Assembly (NCBI GenBank): GCA_963708365.1
Contig: CAVPSM010000013.1
Span: 123,345-187,344, forward strand
Direction: 5' to 3'
Length of the DNA stretch: 64,000 bases
DNA from: an uncultured Actinomycetes bacterium
GTDB lineage: Bacteria > Actinomycetota > Thermoleophilia > Gaiellales > JAICJC01
This document shows, piece by piece, positions 1-8,432 of this stretch (the first letter of the stretch is position 1; every line of letters begins with the position of its first letter). Made by a program: the position numbers and the translations under genes. The notes beneath the pieces are model-generated. The model saw nothing but the letters and a program-made list of their open reading frames with translations, had not been told where the DNA came from and ran no database searches.

Positions 1-577
1 CGTACGCGGCGTCGACCATCATGCAGGCCGTGTCGAGCAGGGCGATCTCGTCTGCCGTCTTGACGACGCGGGCCGACTGCATCAGCTGCTGGCCGTCGAC
101 GACCTGGATCCCGCGTGCCTGGAGGGCGAACAGGACGGCCGGCTCGACGACGTCGACGCCCAGCGGCTCGCCGGCGAGGCCACGGGCCTCGAGCTCACGC
201 CACACCTTGTCGGCGACGTCCTCGGCCCGGCCGCTCTCGGGCGACATCGCGCCGCGCATCGTCGAGATGCCGGCGGGCGTGCGGCCCTCGAGCCACGGGC
301 AGTACAGCTCGTGATGGCGGGCCGCCGAGCCGAAATCCCACACGATCGGCTCGGCGCCACGCGGCAGGAGCGAGAAACGGGCCAGCTTGTCCATCGCCCA
401 CGTGCCGATATGGGTGGCCGTGACGTAGCGGATGTTGCCCATGTCGAAGCACAGGAGCGCCCCGAGGTCGGAGCGTTCGAGCACGCCCGAGATCCGCGCG
501 AGCCGCTCCCGCCGCAGCCGGTCGACGTCGATCCGCTGCTCCCAGTCCACCGCGTTCAGACCGAAGGTCTTCCCCAT
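1..577 (-). CDS. M24-family metallopeptidase (creatinase / Xaa-Pro aminopeptidase / ectoine-hydrolase-like), N-terminal part; C-terminus lies outside the window
   Basis: Absent from the ORF track because there is no stop in the window. My minus-strand translation from the ATG at 577-575 reads MGKTFGLNAVDWEQQRIDVDRLRRERLARISGVLERSDLGALLCFDMGNIRYVTATHIGTWAMDKLARF...KTADEIALLDTACMMVDAAY, which looks like a creatinase-N domain followed by the start of a pita-bread fold. ATGA overlap with the E1-beta stop. Confidence 0.7.
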   Translation of the reverse strand, partial: MGKTFGLNAVDWEQRIDVDRLRRERLARISGVLERSDLGALLCFDMGNIRYVTATHIGTWAMDKLARFSLLPRGAEPIVWDFGSAARHHELYCPWLEGRTPAGISTMRGAMSPESGRAEDVADKVWRELEARGLAGEPLGVDVVEPAVLFALQARGIQVVDGQQLMQSARVVKTADEIALLDTACMMVDAAY

Positions 578-1554
578 CAGACCGCCCCGCCGACGGAGAG
601 CCGCGCCAGCACGCTGCGGGCGATGGCGGCGGCATCCGGCAGGTAGGCGTCCTCGAGCACCGGGCTGTACGGGATCGGCGTGTCGGGCGTCGTCAGCGTC
701 CACACGTCGTCGAGCTCCCCCAGCGCGGCCTCGGCGACCGCCCCGACCAGGCCGCTCGCCCAGCCTCCGACCCGCGGCCCCTCCTCGACTGCGACCAGGC
801 GCGTCGTGCGCGATACCGACTCGACGACGGTCGCGACGTCGAGCGGGCGCAGGCTGCGCAGGTCGATCACCTCGGCCTCGACCCCGGAGGCCGCGAGCTC
901 GTCGGCCGCCTGAAGGGCGTCGTGGACTCCGCGCATCGCCGAGACGATCGTGACGTCGGCGCCCCGGCGCACGATCCGCGCCGAGCCGATCGCCACGGGC
1001 GCGTCGCCGACATCGCCGGTCACCGGGTAGAGCCGCTTGTGCTCGAGCACGACCACCGGGTTCTCGTCGCGCACTGCCGCCTCGATCAGGCCGCGGGCGT
1101 CATCCGGGAACGCGGGGGCCACGATCTTCAGGCCGGGAATGCCCTGCAGCCACGTCGCCGGCGTCTGCGAGTGGACCGCGCCGAAGCGGCCGCCGCCGCC
1201 AACCGCACACCGGATGACGAGCGGCGCCGACCCCTGCTCGTTCGACATGTACCAGTACTTGGCGGACTGGTTCACGAGGCTGTCCATCGCGAGCGCCATG
1301 AAGTCGCCGAACATGATCTCGACGACAGGGCGCAGGCCGGTCACGGCGCAGCCGAAGGCGGCACCGGCCAGGGCCAGCTCCGAGATCGGCGTGTCGAACA
1401 CCCGCTCGGGCCCGAACTCCTCGGCAAGGCCCGGCGTCGCCTTGAACACGCCGCCTGCGGCGGCGATGTCCTCGCCGAACAGGACGACACACTCGTCGCG
1501 CCGCATCTCGGCGGCGAGGGCGTCGCGAACGGCCGTGCGCAGGTCGGTGCTCAC
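577..1554 (-). CDS. 2-oxoacid (pyruvate/acetoin/branched-chain) dehydrogenase E1 component, beta subunit
   Basis: ORF 577..1728 trimmed to the GTG at 1554 (VSTDLRTAVRDALAAEM...). The upstream 58 codons are Arg/Gly junk. Transketolase-like motifs are present: FGEDIAAAGGVFKATPGL, DTPISE, VEIMFGDF, plus a C-terminal domain. GTGA overlap with the E1-alpha stop. Confidence 0.9.
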   Translation of the reverse strand: MSTDLRTAVRDALAAEMRRDECVVLFGEDIAAAGGVFKATPGLAEEFGPERVFDTPISELALAGAAFGCAVTGLRPVVEIMFGDFMALAMDSLVNQSAKYWYMSNEQGSAPLVIRCAVGGGGRFGAVHSQTPATWLQGIPGLKIVAPAFPDDARGLIEAAVRDENPVVVLEHKRLYPVTGDVGDAPVAIGSARIVRRGADVTIVSAMRGVHDALQAADELAASGVEAEVIDLRSLRPLDVATVVESVSRTTRLVAVEEGPRVGGWASGLVGAVAEAALGELDDVWTLTTPDTPIPYSPVLEDAYLPDAAAIARSVLARLSVGGAV

Positions 1555-2528
1555 GCGTACTCCGCCACGGGCACGGCCGGGTCGGGATAGGGATCCGACA
1601 CGGCTGCGGCCACCTCCGCCGCGACGTCGGCGCGAACGGCGGCGGCGCACTCGTCGATCTCGGCGGGAGCCACGCCGGCCTCCGCCAGCGCCGCCGCCCC
1701 GACGAGCAGCGGGTCGCGCTCGAGCCACGCCTCAAGCTCGCCCGGCGGCCGGTAGGTGCCCGGATCCGTCTTGGAGTGGCCGACGTGGCGATAGGTCAGG
1801 CACTCCATGAAGGCCGGCCCGTCGCCGCGGCGGGCGTGGTCGATCGCGCGCTCGGCGACCGCCCGGACGGTGGCAACGTCGTTGCCGTCGACCTTCTCGG
1901 CCGGCATCGCGTACCCGGCAGCGCGGGCGCGGATGTCGCCGCCGGCCGTCACGTCGGCCATCGGTGTGAACTCGCCGTAGAGGTTGTTCTCGCACACGAA
2001 CACCACGGGCAGGCGCTGGACGCTCGCGAAGTTGAGGCACTCGTGGAAGTAGCCGTGGTTGGCCGCCCCGTCGCCGAAGAACGCAACGGCGACGCCGCCG
2101 GCGCGCCGGAGCGCCAGGGCCGCGCCGGCCGCGGCCGCGATGCTCCCGCCGACGATCCCGAAGCAGCCGATCAGGCCGTGGGCGCGGTCGACGACGTTCA
2201 TCGATCCGGCCCGGCCGCCGCAGACGCCCGACGCCCGGCCCATCAGCTCCGCCGCCAGGGCTCGTGGCTCGGTGCCCATGGCGAGGGCGGCGCCGTGACC
2301 GCGGTAGGTGGCCGCGACCTGATCGCCCGGCACGAGCGCCGAGCACACACCGACCGAGCACGCCTCCTGGCCGGTGTACAGATGGACCGTGCCGTGCACC
2401 TCGCCGCGCAGGAACAGGCGCTGCATCTCGTCCTCGAACGCGCGGATGCGGACCATCGCCGCGTACAGGTCGAGCGCGCCGGCACGGCTGCCGCCGTCGG
2501 GAATCCGCGCTCCTTCGATCTTCGCCAT
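1551..2528 (-). CDS. 2-oxoacid dehydrogenase E1 component, alpha subunit (TPP-dependent)
   Basis: 325-aa ORF MAKIEGARIP... with the TPP-binding region FFGDGAANHGYFHECLNFA...VCENNLYG and the TYRHVGHSKTD motif. Forms an operon with the beta subunit and the M24 gene. Confidence 0.9.
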   Translation of the reverse strand: MAKIEGARIPDGGSRAGALDLYAAMVRIRAFEDEMQRLFLRGEVHGTVHLYTGQEACSVGVCSALVPGDQVAATYRGHGAALAMGTEPRALAAELMGRASGVCGGRAGSMNVVDRAHGLIGCFGIVGGSIAAAAGAALALRRAGGVAVAFFGDGAANHGYFHECLNFASVQRLPVVFVCENNLYGEFTPMADVTAGGDIRARAAGYAMPAEKVDGNDVATVRAVAERAIDHARRGDGPAFMECLTYRHVGHSKTDPGTYRPPGELEAWLERDPLLVGAAALAEAGVAPAEIDECAAAVRADVAAEVAAAVSDPYPDPAVPVAEYA

Positions 2529-2597
2529 CTCGATACTGCAAACGATTGCAAACCTCGTGCGTCATGTCAAGGACAGGCGCAGCCTCTAGATTGAGGC
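2529..2597. promoter_or_regulatory. Divergent promoter region with a direct repeat TGCAAAC-N3-TGCAAAC (2537-2553)
   Basis: The only AT-rich stretch between the divergent E1-alpha and HAL-like genes: ctcgatacTGCAAACgatTGCAAACctcgtgcgtcatgtcaagg. No -10/-35 assignment attempted. Confidence 0.3.
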
Positions 2598-2714
2598 ATC
2601 TCCGCCTCGCTCCCCCCGCTCGCCGTCTCCGGCCACGGCCTCACGCCCACCGACCTCGCGGACGTCGCCCGCCGCGGCCGCGCCGTCGAGATCGCCCCCG
2701 CGGCCCTGGAGCGC

Positions 2715-4136
2715 ATGGCTGCGGCGCGGGCGGCGCTCGACCGCGCCCTGGCCGAGAACCGGCCAGTCTACGGGCTCACGACCGGGCTCGGCGCCCGCGT
2801 TGGGGAGCCGATCGCGGCCGACCAGGCGGCCGAGCAGTCGGCCCGGATCGTCCGCGGCCGGGCCGCCGCCGTGGGCGAGCCGCTCCCGGCCGAGGCCGTT
2901 CGCGCGGCCATGCTCGCGCGCCTGAACGGCCTGTGCGCCGGCGGCAGCGGGGCGTCGCCTGCGGTCGCCGAGACGCTCGCCGGGATGCTGAACGCCGGCG
3001 TCCATCCGGTCGTCCCGCGCAGCGGCTCGATCGGCTCCGGCGACCTCTGCCTGCTGGCCCATGTCGGCCTGGTGGTGATGGGCGAGGGGGAGGCCGACCT
3101 CGGCGGCGAGCGGCTGCCCGGCGCCGACGCGCTGCGCCGGGCCGCGATCGAGCCGGCGCGGCTCGGCCCCGGCGACGGCCTGGCGCTCTGCAGCTCACCC
3201 GCCGTGGCCGCCGGCGTCGCCGCCCTGGCGCTGGAGCGGGCCGACGGCCTGCTCGAGGCGCTCGCCATCGCCGCGGCGCTCTCGATGGAAGGCTTCCGCG
3301 CATCGACCTCGCCGATCGACGCGAACGTCGCCGGCGCCCACCCGGCGCCCGGCCAGGAGTGGGAGGCGGCCGGCCTGCGCGAGCTCCTGCGCGGCGGCTC
3401 GCTCCTCGACGGCCCCGGCCGCCGCCTGCAGGACCCGCTCAGCTTCCGCTGCGCCAGCCACGTCCACGGCGCCCTGCGGTGGGCGCTCGACGTGCTCGCG
3501 ACCGCCGTCGCCGCCACGCTCAACGGCGCCGGCGAGAACCCGCTCGTGCTCCCCGGTGGCAAGATCGTCTCGACCGGTAACTTCCACACGCCGGCCCTCG
3601 CCCTCGCCCTCGACGCGTGCGCGATCGGTCTCGCCCAGGTCGCCGGCCCGGCATCGGAGCGCCCCGCCCGGCTCGCCAACGATCGCCTGAGCGGCCTGCC
3701 CGCCAACCTGACCGCGGGCGGCGACGGCCGCTCCGGTGTGGCGCCTCTCCTCAAGACGTCGCAGTCGCTCGCCGTCGACATCCGCCACCTGTCCGCGCCG
3801 CTCGCGGCTGACCCGCGCTTCGGCGCCGACGGCGTCGAGGACGACTCCACGAACGCCGCCGCGGCGGCGCTGCGCCTGGAGACGCAGCTCGGCCTGCTCG
3901 AGCGCGTCATCGCGGTCGAGCTCGTCTGCGCGGCGTTCGCGGTCGACCTGGCCGCCCCCGACCGGCTTGGCCGGGGCACGGCCGCCGCGCACGCGGCCGT
4001 GCGCGAGCTGGTCGCGCCGCTCGCGGACGACCGGCCGCTCGGCGGCGGCGTCGAGCGGGTCGCGCGCGAGCTGGTGGCGTCAGGACGGCTGCGGGAACGG
4101 GTGCGCGAGGCGGTGCGGTGGCAGGAATCGAGCTGA
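2715..4136 (+). CDS. Aromatic amino acid / histidine ammonia-lyase family protein (HAL/PAL-like); true start probably upstream, around 2598-2625
   Basis: 473-aa ORF with NRPVYGLTTGLG, the MIO-region SGSIGSGDLCLLAH, NGAGENPLV and STGNFH. In-frame upstream codons still read LAVSGHGLTPTDLADVARRGRAVEIAP, which is HAL N-terminal-like. Confidence 0.85.
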   Translation: MAAARAALDRALAENRPVYGLTTGLGARVGEPIAADQAAEQSARIVRGRAAAVGEPLPAEAVRAAMLARLNGLCAGGSGASPAVAETLAGMLNAGVHPVVPRSGSIGSGDLCLLAHVGLVVMGEGEADLGGERLPGADALRRAAIEPARLGPGDGLALCSSPAVAAGVAALALERADGLLEALAIAAALSMEGFRASTSPIDANVAGAHPAPGQEWEAAGLRELLRGGSLLDGPGRRLQDPLSFRCASHVHGALRWALDVLATAVAATLNGAGENPLVLPGGKIVSTGNFHTPALALALDACAIGLAQVAGPASERPARLANDRLSGLPANLTAGGDGRSGVAPLLKTSQSLAVDIRHLSAPLAADPRFGADGVEDDSTNAAAAALRLETQLGLLERVIAVELVCAAFAVDLAAPDRLGRGTAAAHAAVRELVAPLADDRPLGGGVERVARELVASGRLRERVREAVRWQESS

Positions 4137-5122
4137 CCTACCTGAGCGGCGGCGACGTCGACCGGCTGGAGCTCTCGGGCGACGCGATCATCGACCCCGT
4201 GGCGGACGTGCTGGCCGCCCAGGGCCGTGGCGACGTCGTGCTCGAGCCGCGCGTCCACCTGTTCCCCGGCGCGGGCGCGGACGGCCACTTCAACGTCCTG
4301 CGCGGGTCGCTGCCGCGCGACGGCGTCGCCGGCGTGAAGGTGGTGGGCGACTTCGTCGCCAACGACCGGCTCGGGCTCCCGTCCGAGCTCGCGCTGCTGC
4401 TGCTGCTCGACCCGACCACCGGCGTCCCCATCGCGATCGTCGATGCGACGGCGATCACCGCCATGCGCACCGGCGCCGTGACCGCCGTCGGCGGCCGCCA
4501 CCTGGCCCGGGCCGACAGCCGCGTCCTCGGGCACATCGGCAGCCGGGGGACGGCCGAGTGGAACGTGCGCCTGCTCTGCCACGTCCTGCCCGGGATCGAC
4601 GAGGTGCGCATCCACTCGCGCACCCACGAGAGCCGCACGGCGCTGGCCGAACGGCTGGACGCCGAGCTCGCCGCCGACGTGCGTGCGGTGGACACCTGGG
4701 AGGAGTGCGTCCGCGGCGCCGACATCGTCGTCGAGGCGTCACGGCTCCAGGCGCCGGAGCCGCTCCTGCGCACGGCCTGGATCGGGCCCGGGACGCTGGT
4801 CGTCCCGTACGGCACGGTCAGCGCCGTCGAGCTCGACCTGACCGAGGCGATGGACAAGATCGTCGTCGACGACTGGGGGCAGGCGGGCGCCGGGCCGCTG
4901 GGCGCGCTGCGCGTCCACGTCGACTCCGGCCGGCTGACGGCCGGGCGGCTGCACGCGGAGCTGGGCCAGATCGTCTGCGGCGACCGCCCCGGCCGGGAGC
5001 GCGGCGACGAGCGCATCCTGCTCTGGCACCGCGGCCTCTCGACCACCGACATCGCCCTCGGCCGGGCGATGCTCGAGCGTGCCCGGGCGATGGGCGTCGG
5101 GACGCGGCTGCCCTACCGCTGA
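4118..5122 (+). CDS. Ornithine cyclodeaminase / mu-crystallin family protein
   Basis: 334-aa ORF with TAMRTGAVTAVGGRHLA and the Rossmann segment LGHIGSRGTAEW. GTG start overlaps the HAL-like 3' end by 19 nt. Confidence 0.85.
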   Translation: MAGIELTYLSGGDVDRLELSGDAIIDPVADVLAAQGRGDVVLEPRVHLFPGAGADGHFNVLRGSLPRDGVAGVKVVGDFVANDRLGLPSELALLLLLDPTTGVPIAIVDATAITAMRTGAVTAVGGRHLARADSRVLGHIGSRGTAEWNVRLLCHVLPGIDEVRIHSRTHESRTALAERLDAELAADVRAVDTWEECVRGADIVVEASRLQAPEPLLRTAWIGPGTLVVPYGTVSAVELDLTEAMDKIVVDDWGQAGAGPLGALRVHVDSGRLTAGRLHAELGQIVCGDRPGRERGDERILLWHRGLSTTDIALGRAMLERARAMGVGTRLPYR

Positions 5123-5177
5123 AATGCGAACGCCGGCCGGGGAGCTGCCTCCCCGGCCGGCGTCTGCGCTGTTGCGA

Positions 5178-6701
5178 CTAGAAGGTCACGCGGGCCGAGG
5201 GAGACCAGCCCGACATGTTGCCGCCGTTGACGGTGCGCACCTGGAACTTGTACACACCGTGTGCGCTCGGGTTGTAGGTGAGCGTTGTGTTGCTGGTGCT
5301 GCCAGCGGACGCGAACGTGCTCGCCCCGGGAACCTCGACCTGCACGTCGCAGGTGACGCTGCCGGACATCGCGGAGTTGCCGACCGAGACGATGATGTTC
5401 CCGCTCGAGAGCACCGCGCTCGGGGTGACCTTGATCGTGCCGGTCATCGTGTCCGAGCCCACGGTCGAGTGGTAGGTGAACGTCCCGGCACTCCCGAACG
5501 TGGTGCTGAAGTTCGTGCCCGGCGCCTGCGTGCCCGAGCTGAACAGGCCGAGGCCCGTCGTGTCGACGACGCTGTGGCTCTTGCCCCCGCGGAACAGCCA
5601 CTCCACCTTGGTCGGCGTGTGGTTCTTGCCGGTCTGGAGCGCGATACCCTGCGACGACGGCGCGTAGCCGTGGTCGTTCACGGCCACGAAGCTCGTGTGG
5701 CCGGGGGCGTCGGCGAGGCGGCCGATCTTGTTGCCGGCGGTCTCGCTGAACCAGATGTTGCCGTCATCGCCGACGGTGATGCCGCTCGGGAGCGACTTCG
5801 CGGTCGGGACGGTGAACTTCTTGACCGTCCGCGGAGCCGCGATCGGGATGCGGGCGATGGCGTTGCCACCGGTGCCCGTCTGGAGCGTCGCCCACATGAA
5901 GTTGTCGGCGCCCGAGGTGATGCCGGTCGGCTTGCCGGCGATGCCGATCTGGCTGATCGTGCCGGAGGGCGTGACGACCGCGACCTTGTTGACGCCGGGC
6001 TCGGTCACCCACAGGTTGCCATCAGGGCCGGAGACGATCCGGGACGGCGCGGCCTTGGCCGGCAGGTTGAACTGGGTGACAGCGCCGCCGGGCGTGACCC
6101 GGGCGACCTGGTGGCTCGTGGTCTCGGTCACCCACAGGTTGCCGTCGGAGCCGGTCGTGATCCGCACCGGGCCTTTGCCTGCGCCGAGGCTGGCGATCTT
6201 GGTCACCGTGTGCGGCGTCCCGACGTTGATCCGGGCGACGTCGTTCGTGCTGAAGCCGACCACGTAGAGGTTGCCGTCGGGCCCTGCGGTGATCCCGCGC
6301 GGGCTCTTGACCGCGTTCGCGCCCGTGGTGGGCAGCACGATCTGGTTGATGGTCGACCCCGTCACCGTGCGGGCGACGCGGTTGACCGCCGTCTCGGTGA
6401 ACCAGACGGCGCCGTCGGACCCCGTCGTGATCCCGACCGGATGGCTCGCCTTGGTCGCCAGGAAGCCCGCGATGCCGCCGGACCTGGTGACCCGGGCGAC
6501 CTTGCTCGTGGCCTGGTCGACGAACCAGACGTTGCCGTCGTTTCCGATCGTCATATCACCCGGCTGGTTGTTCGGGCTCTTGATGGTGAACTGCGAAAAG
6601 TTGTGCGTTGCGGCCCCTGCGGGACCCGCGGAAGCAACCGCGGCCACCGCAAGCAACGCGATCCCCGCCAGCGCTCGGCCGGCGCGTCGACGATGCGACA
6701 T
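5178..6701 (-). CDS. Secreted Vgb (virginiamycin-B-lyase)-like beta-propeller repeat protein with a degenerate cupredoxin-like domain and a C-terminal Ig/FN3-like domain
   Basis: ORF 5178..6803 trimmed to the ATG at 6701, preceded by AAGGAGGG. Signal peptide MSHRRRAGRALAGIALLAVAAVASAGPAGA. Repeated blades of the form ITxGxDGNxWxTE. C-terminal part reads ...GTFTYHSTVGSDTMTGTIKV, plastocyanin-like but without the Cys ligand. Confidence 0.75.
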   Translation of the reverse strand: MSHRRRAGRALAGIALLAVAAVASAGPAGAATHNFSQFTIKSPNNQPGDMTIGNDGNVWFVDQATSKVARVTRSGGIAGFLATKASHPVGITTGSDGAVWFTETAVNRVARTVTGSTINQIVLPTTGANAVKSPRGITAGPDGNLYVVGFSTNDVARINVGTPHTVTKIASLGAGKGPVRITTGSDGNLWVTETTSHQVARVTPGGAVTQFNLPAKAAPSRIVSGPDGNLWVTEPGVNKVAVVTPSGTISQIGIAGKPTGITSGADNFMWATLQTGTGGNAIARIPIAAPRTVKKFTVPTAKSLPSGITVGDDGNIWFSETAGNKIGRLADAPGHTSFVAVNDHGYAPSSQGIALQTGKNHTPTKVEWLFRGGKSHSVVDTTGLGLFSSGTQAPGTNFSTTFGSAGTFTYHSTVGSDTMTGTIKVTPSAVLSSGNIIVSVGNSAMSGSVTCDVQVEVPGASTFASAGSTSNTTLTYNPSAHGVYKFQVRTVNGGNMSGWSPSARVTF

Positions 6702-6867
6702 GTGTGCCCTTCCCTCCTTGAGTTCTCGTCGAGCCCCGTAGACGTCCATGGGGCCTCCAGTCCAAGGGTACGGCTCCCGCCGCGCGCGGCAACCCCCCTG
6801 CAACGAACCTCCAACTCGGCCCGTCCACGGCCGAAGCCGCGATGCTAGCCTGACCGGGGGTGCGTTG

Positions 6868-7311
6868 ATGCCATTTCAGCTCGGGTTGCCCGAAATCATC
6901 CTGGTGCTCGTGATCGCGCTCGTGTTCCTCGGGCCGAAGCGTCTGCCCGAGGCCGGGAACGCGATCGGGCGCGGCATGCGCGAGTTTCGCGCGGGCATCA
7001 GCGGCCTCGACGACGACCGGCCGGCGCAGACGCTGCACGAGCCCCCGCCGGTCGCATACGTGCCACCGCCGTCCTACGTCCCGCCGGTCGACTCCACCGA
7101 GACGTACGCGCCGCCGGCGTCCTACCACCCGCCGGGCGCCGCTGCGGAGCCTACGAAGCCGCCCGCACGCAGCCGGCGCCGGTCACGGCCGGCGCCAGAC
7201 GCAGATCAGATAGCGCAGCTCGAGGCGACGCCCGTCGCCCCGGTCGACGACGCGGAAGACGTCGGGAGCGGGGACACAGTCGGCGAGCGCCCGGGCGATC
7301 AGGCCGGCTGA
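6868..7311 (+). CDS. tatA: Twin-arginine translocase TatA/TatE family protein with a long Pro-rich tail
   Basis: MPFQLGLPEIILVLVIALVFLGPKRLPEAGNAIGRGMREFRAGI is the canonical TatA TM plus amphipathic helix. The first in-frame stop is only at 7311, giving a 129-nt convergent overlap with the next gene. Confidence 0.8.
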   Translation: MPFQLGLPEIILVLVIALVFLGPKRLPEAGNAIGRGMREFRAGISGLDDDRPAQTLHEPPPVAYVPPPSYVPPVDSTETYAPPASYHPPGAAAEPTKPPARSRRRSRPAPDADQIAQLEATPVAPVDDAEDVGSGDTVGERPGDQAG

Positions 7312-7944
7312 GCCGGGCCCGCCGCTGCCGCGGCCGATCCACTCGTCGAAGTCGATCGAGATCGGCGTCTCCTCCTCGCGCTCCAGCGTGAGTCCGGCGT
7401 CCTCGCCGAGCGCATGCAGCCGCGCCGGCGTCAGGCAGGCCCAGTGCGACGGGTCGCGCAGGCGCTCGATCTCCTGGTGCCAGGCGGCCTCGTCAGCGTC
7501 GGCCGACGTCACGTGATCGGCGAGGACGACTGCGCCGCCGGGGCGCACGACCCGGGCCAGCTCGGCGACGACCCTGCCGGGAACCGGGATGTGGTGGAGG
7601 CTGAAGCGGGTGACGGCCCCGTCGAACGTCGCGTCTGCGAGCTCGAGCGCGGTGGCGTCTCCGACCGAGAACACGGCGTTTTGGATCCCCTCGCCGGCCG
7701 CCTCGCGGCGGGCGACGTCGACCATCGCCGGCGTCACGTCGACGCCGTCCACCCGGCCGACGCGCGGCGCCAGGCCGCGGGCAACCAGGCCGGGGCCGCA
7801 GGCCGCGTCGAGCCACCGCTCGCCCGGGGCCGCCGGGATCAGGTCGACCAGCCGCCCAAGCGTGTCGGCCGAGCGCATCACCGGCGCGACGTTGAACGAC
7901 TCCGACTGGTGGGTGAACTCGCGGACGACCTGGTCGGGCTCCAT
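7183..7944 (-). CDS. Class I SAM-dependent methyltransferase (UbiE/COQ5-like)
   Basis: 253-aa ORF with the SAM motif WLDAACGPGLVARGLA and a Methyltransf_11-like core DGAVTRFSLHHIP...VVRPGGAVVL. Confidence 0.85.
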   Translation of the reverse strand: MEPDQVVREFTHQSESFNVAPVMRSADTLGRLVDLIPAAPGERWLDAACGPGLVARGLAPRVGRVDGVDVTPAMVDVARREAAGEGIQNAVFSVGDATALELADATFDGAVTRFSLHHIPVPGRVVAELARVVRPGGAVVLADHVTSADADEAAWHQEIERLRDPSHWACLTPARLHALGEDAGLTLEREEETPISIDFDEWIGRGSGGPGSAGLIARALADCVPAPDVFRVVDRGDGRRLELRYLICVWRRP

Positions 7945-8002
7945 GGACGTGTTCTACCTGTTCCACGGGGAGCGGCACCCGTCGTCCCCTAAGATCGGCG
8001 GC

Positions 8003-8398
8003 ATGGAACCGACCCAGGCGCCTGCGCTGCGCGACGGCCCGGTCGGGCTCCCCGACGGCGACTTCGTGATGGTCGAGTGGGGCGATCCCGGCGGGGTCAC
8101 GGGCCCCGACCGGCCCATCGCCGCGCTTCACGTCCACCACGCCGACGACGAGGCCTGGTACGTGCTCGAGGGCACGCTCGGCTTCCGCGTCGGCGACGAG
8201 GTCGTCGAGGCCGGGCCCGGCGCCGCCGTCCTCGTCCCCCGTGGCACGCCGCACACGTTCTGGAACGCGCGGCCCGAGCCTGCCCGCTACGTCCTCGTGA
8301 TGACGCCGCGCATCCAGGGGTTGGTGCGGGAGCTGCACGCCCCGGGCGCGGGCGACTATGCCGCCATCTTCCGGGCGCACGAGTCCGAGCTGCTCTGA
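8003..8398 (+). CDS. Cupin domain protein
   Basis: C-terminal 131 codons of ORF 7589..8398, from the ATG at 8003: MEPTQAPALRDG...HVHHADDEAWYVLEGTLGFRVGDEVVEAGPGAAVLVPRGTPHTFWN. Confidence 0.75.
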   Translation: MEPTQAPALRDGPVGLPDGDFVMVEWGDPGGVTGPDRPIAALHVHHADDEAWYVLEGTLGFRVGDEVVEAGPGAAVLVPRGTPHTFWNARPEPARYVLVMTPRIQGLVRELHAPGAGDYAAIFRAHESELL

Positions 8399-8432
8399 CG
8401 CGGACGGCCCCGTGCGGGGATAGGCTGGCGGC

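Noticed and set aside
2768-4627. 619-aa minus-strand ORF, the longest in this region, antisense to the HAL-like and OCD-like genes
   Set aside because: The composition is Arg/Pro/Ala/Ser low-complexity with no recognisable motif. It lies exactly opposite two genes with clear family signatures. This is the typical open antisense frame of a high-GC genome.
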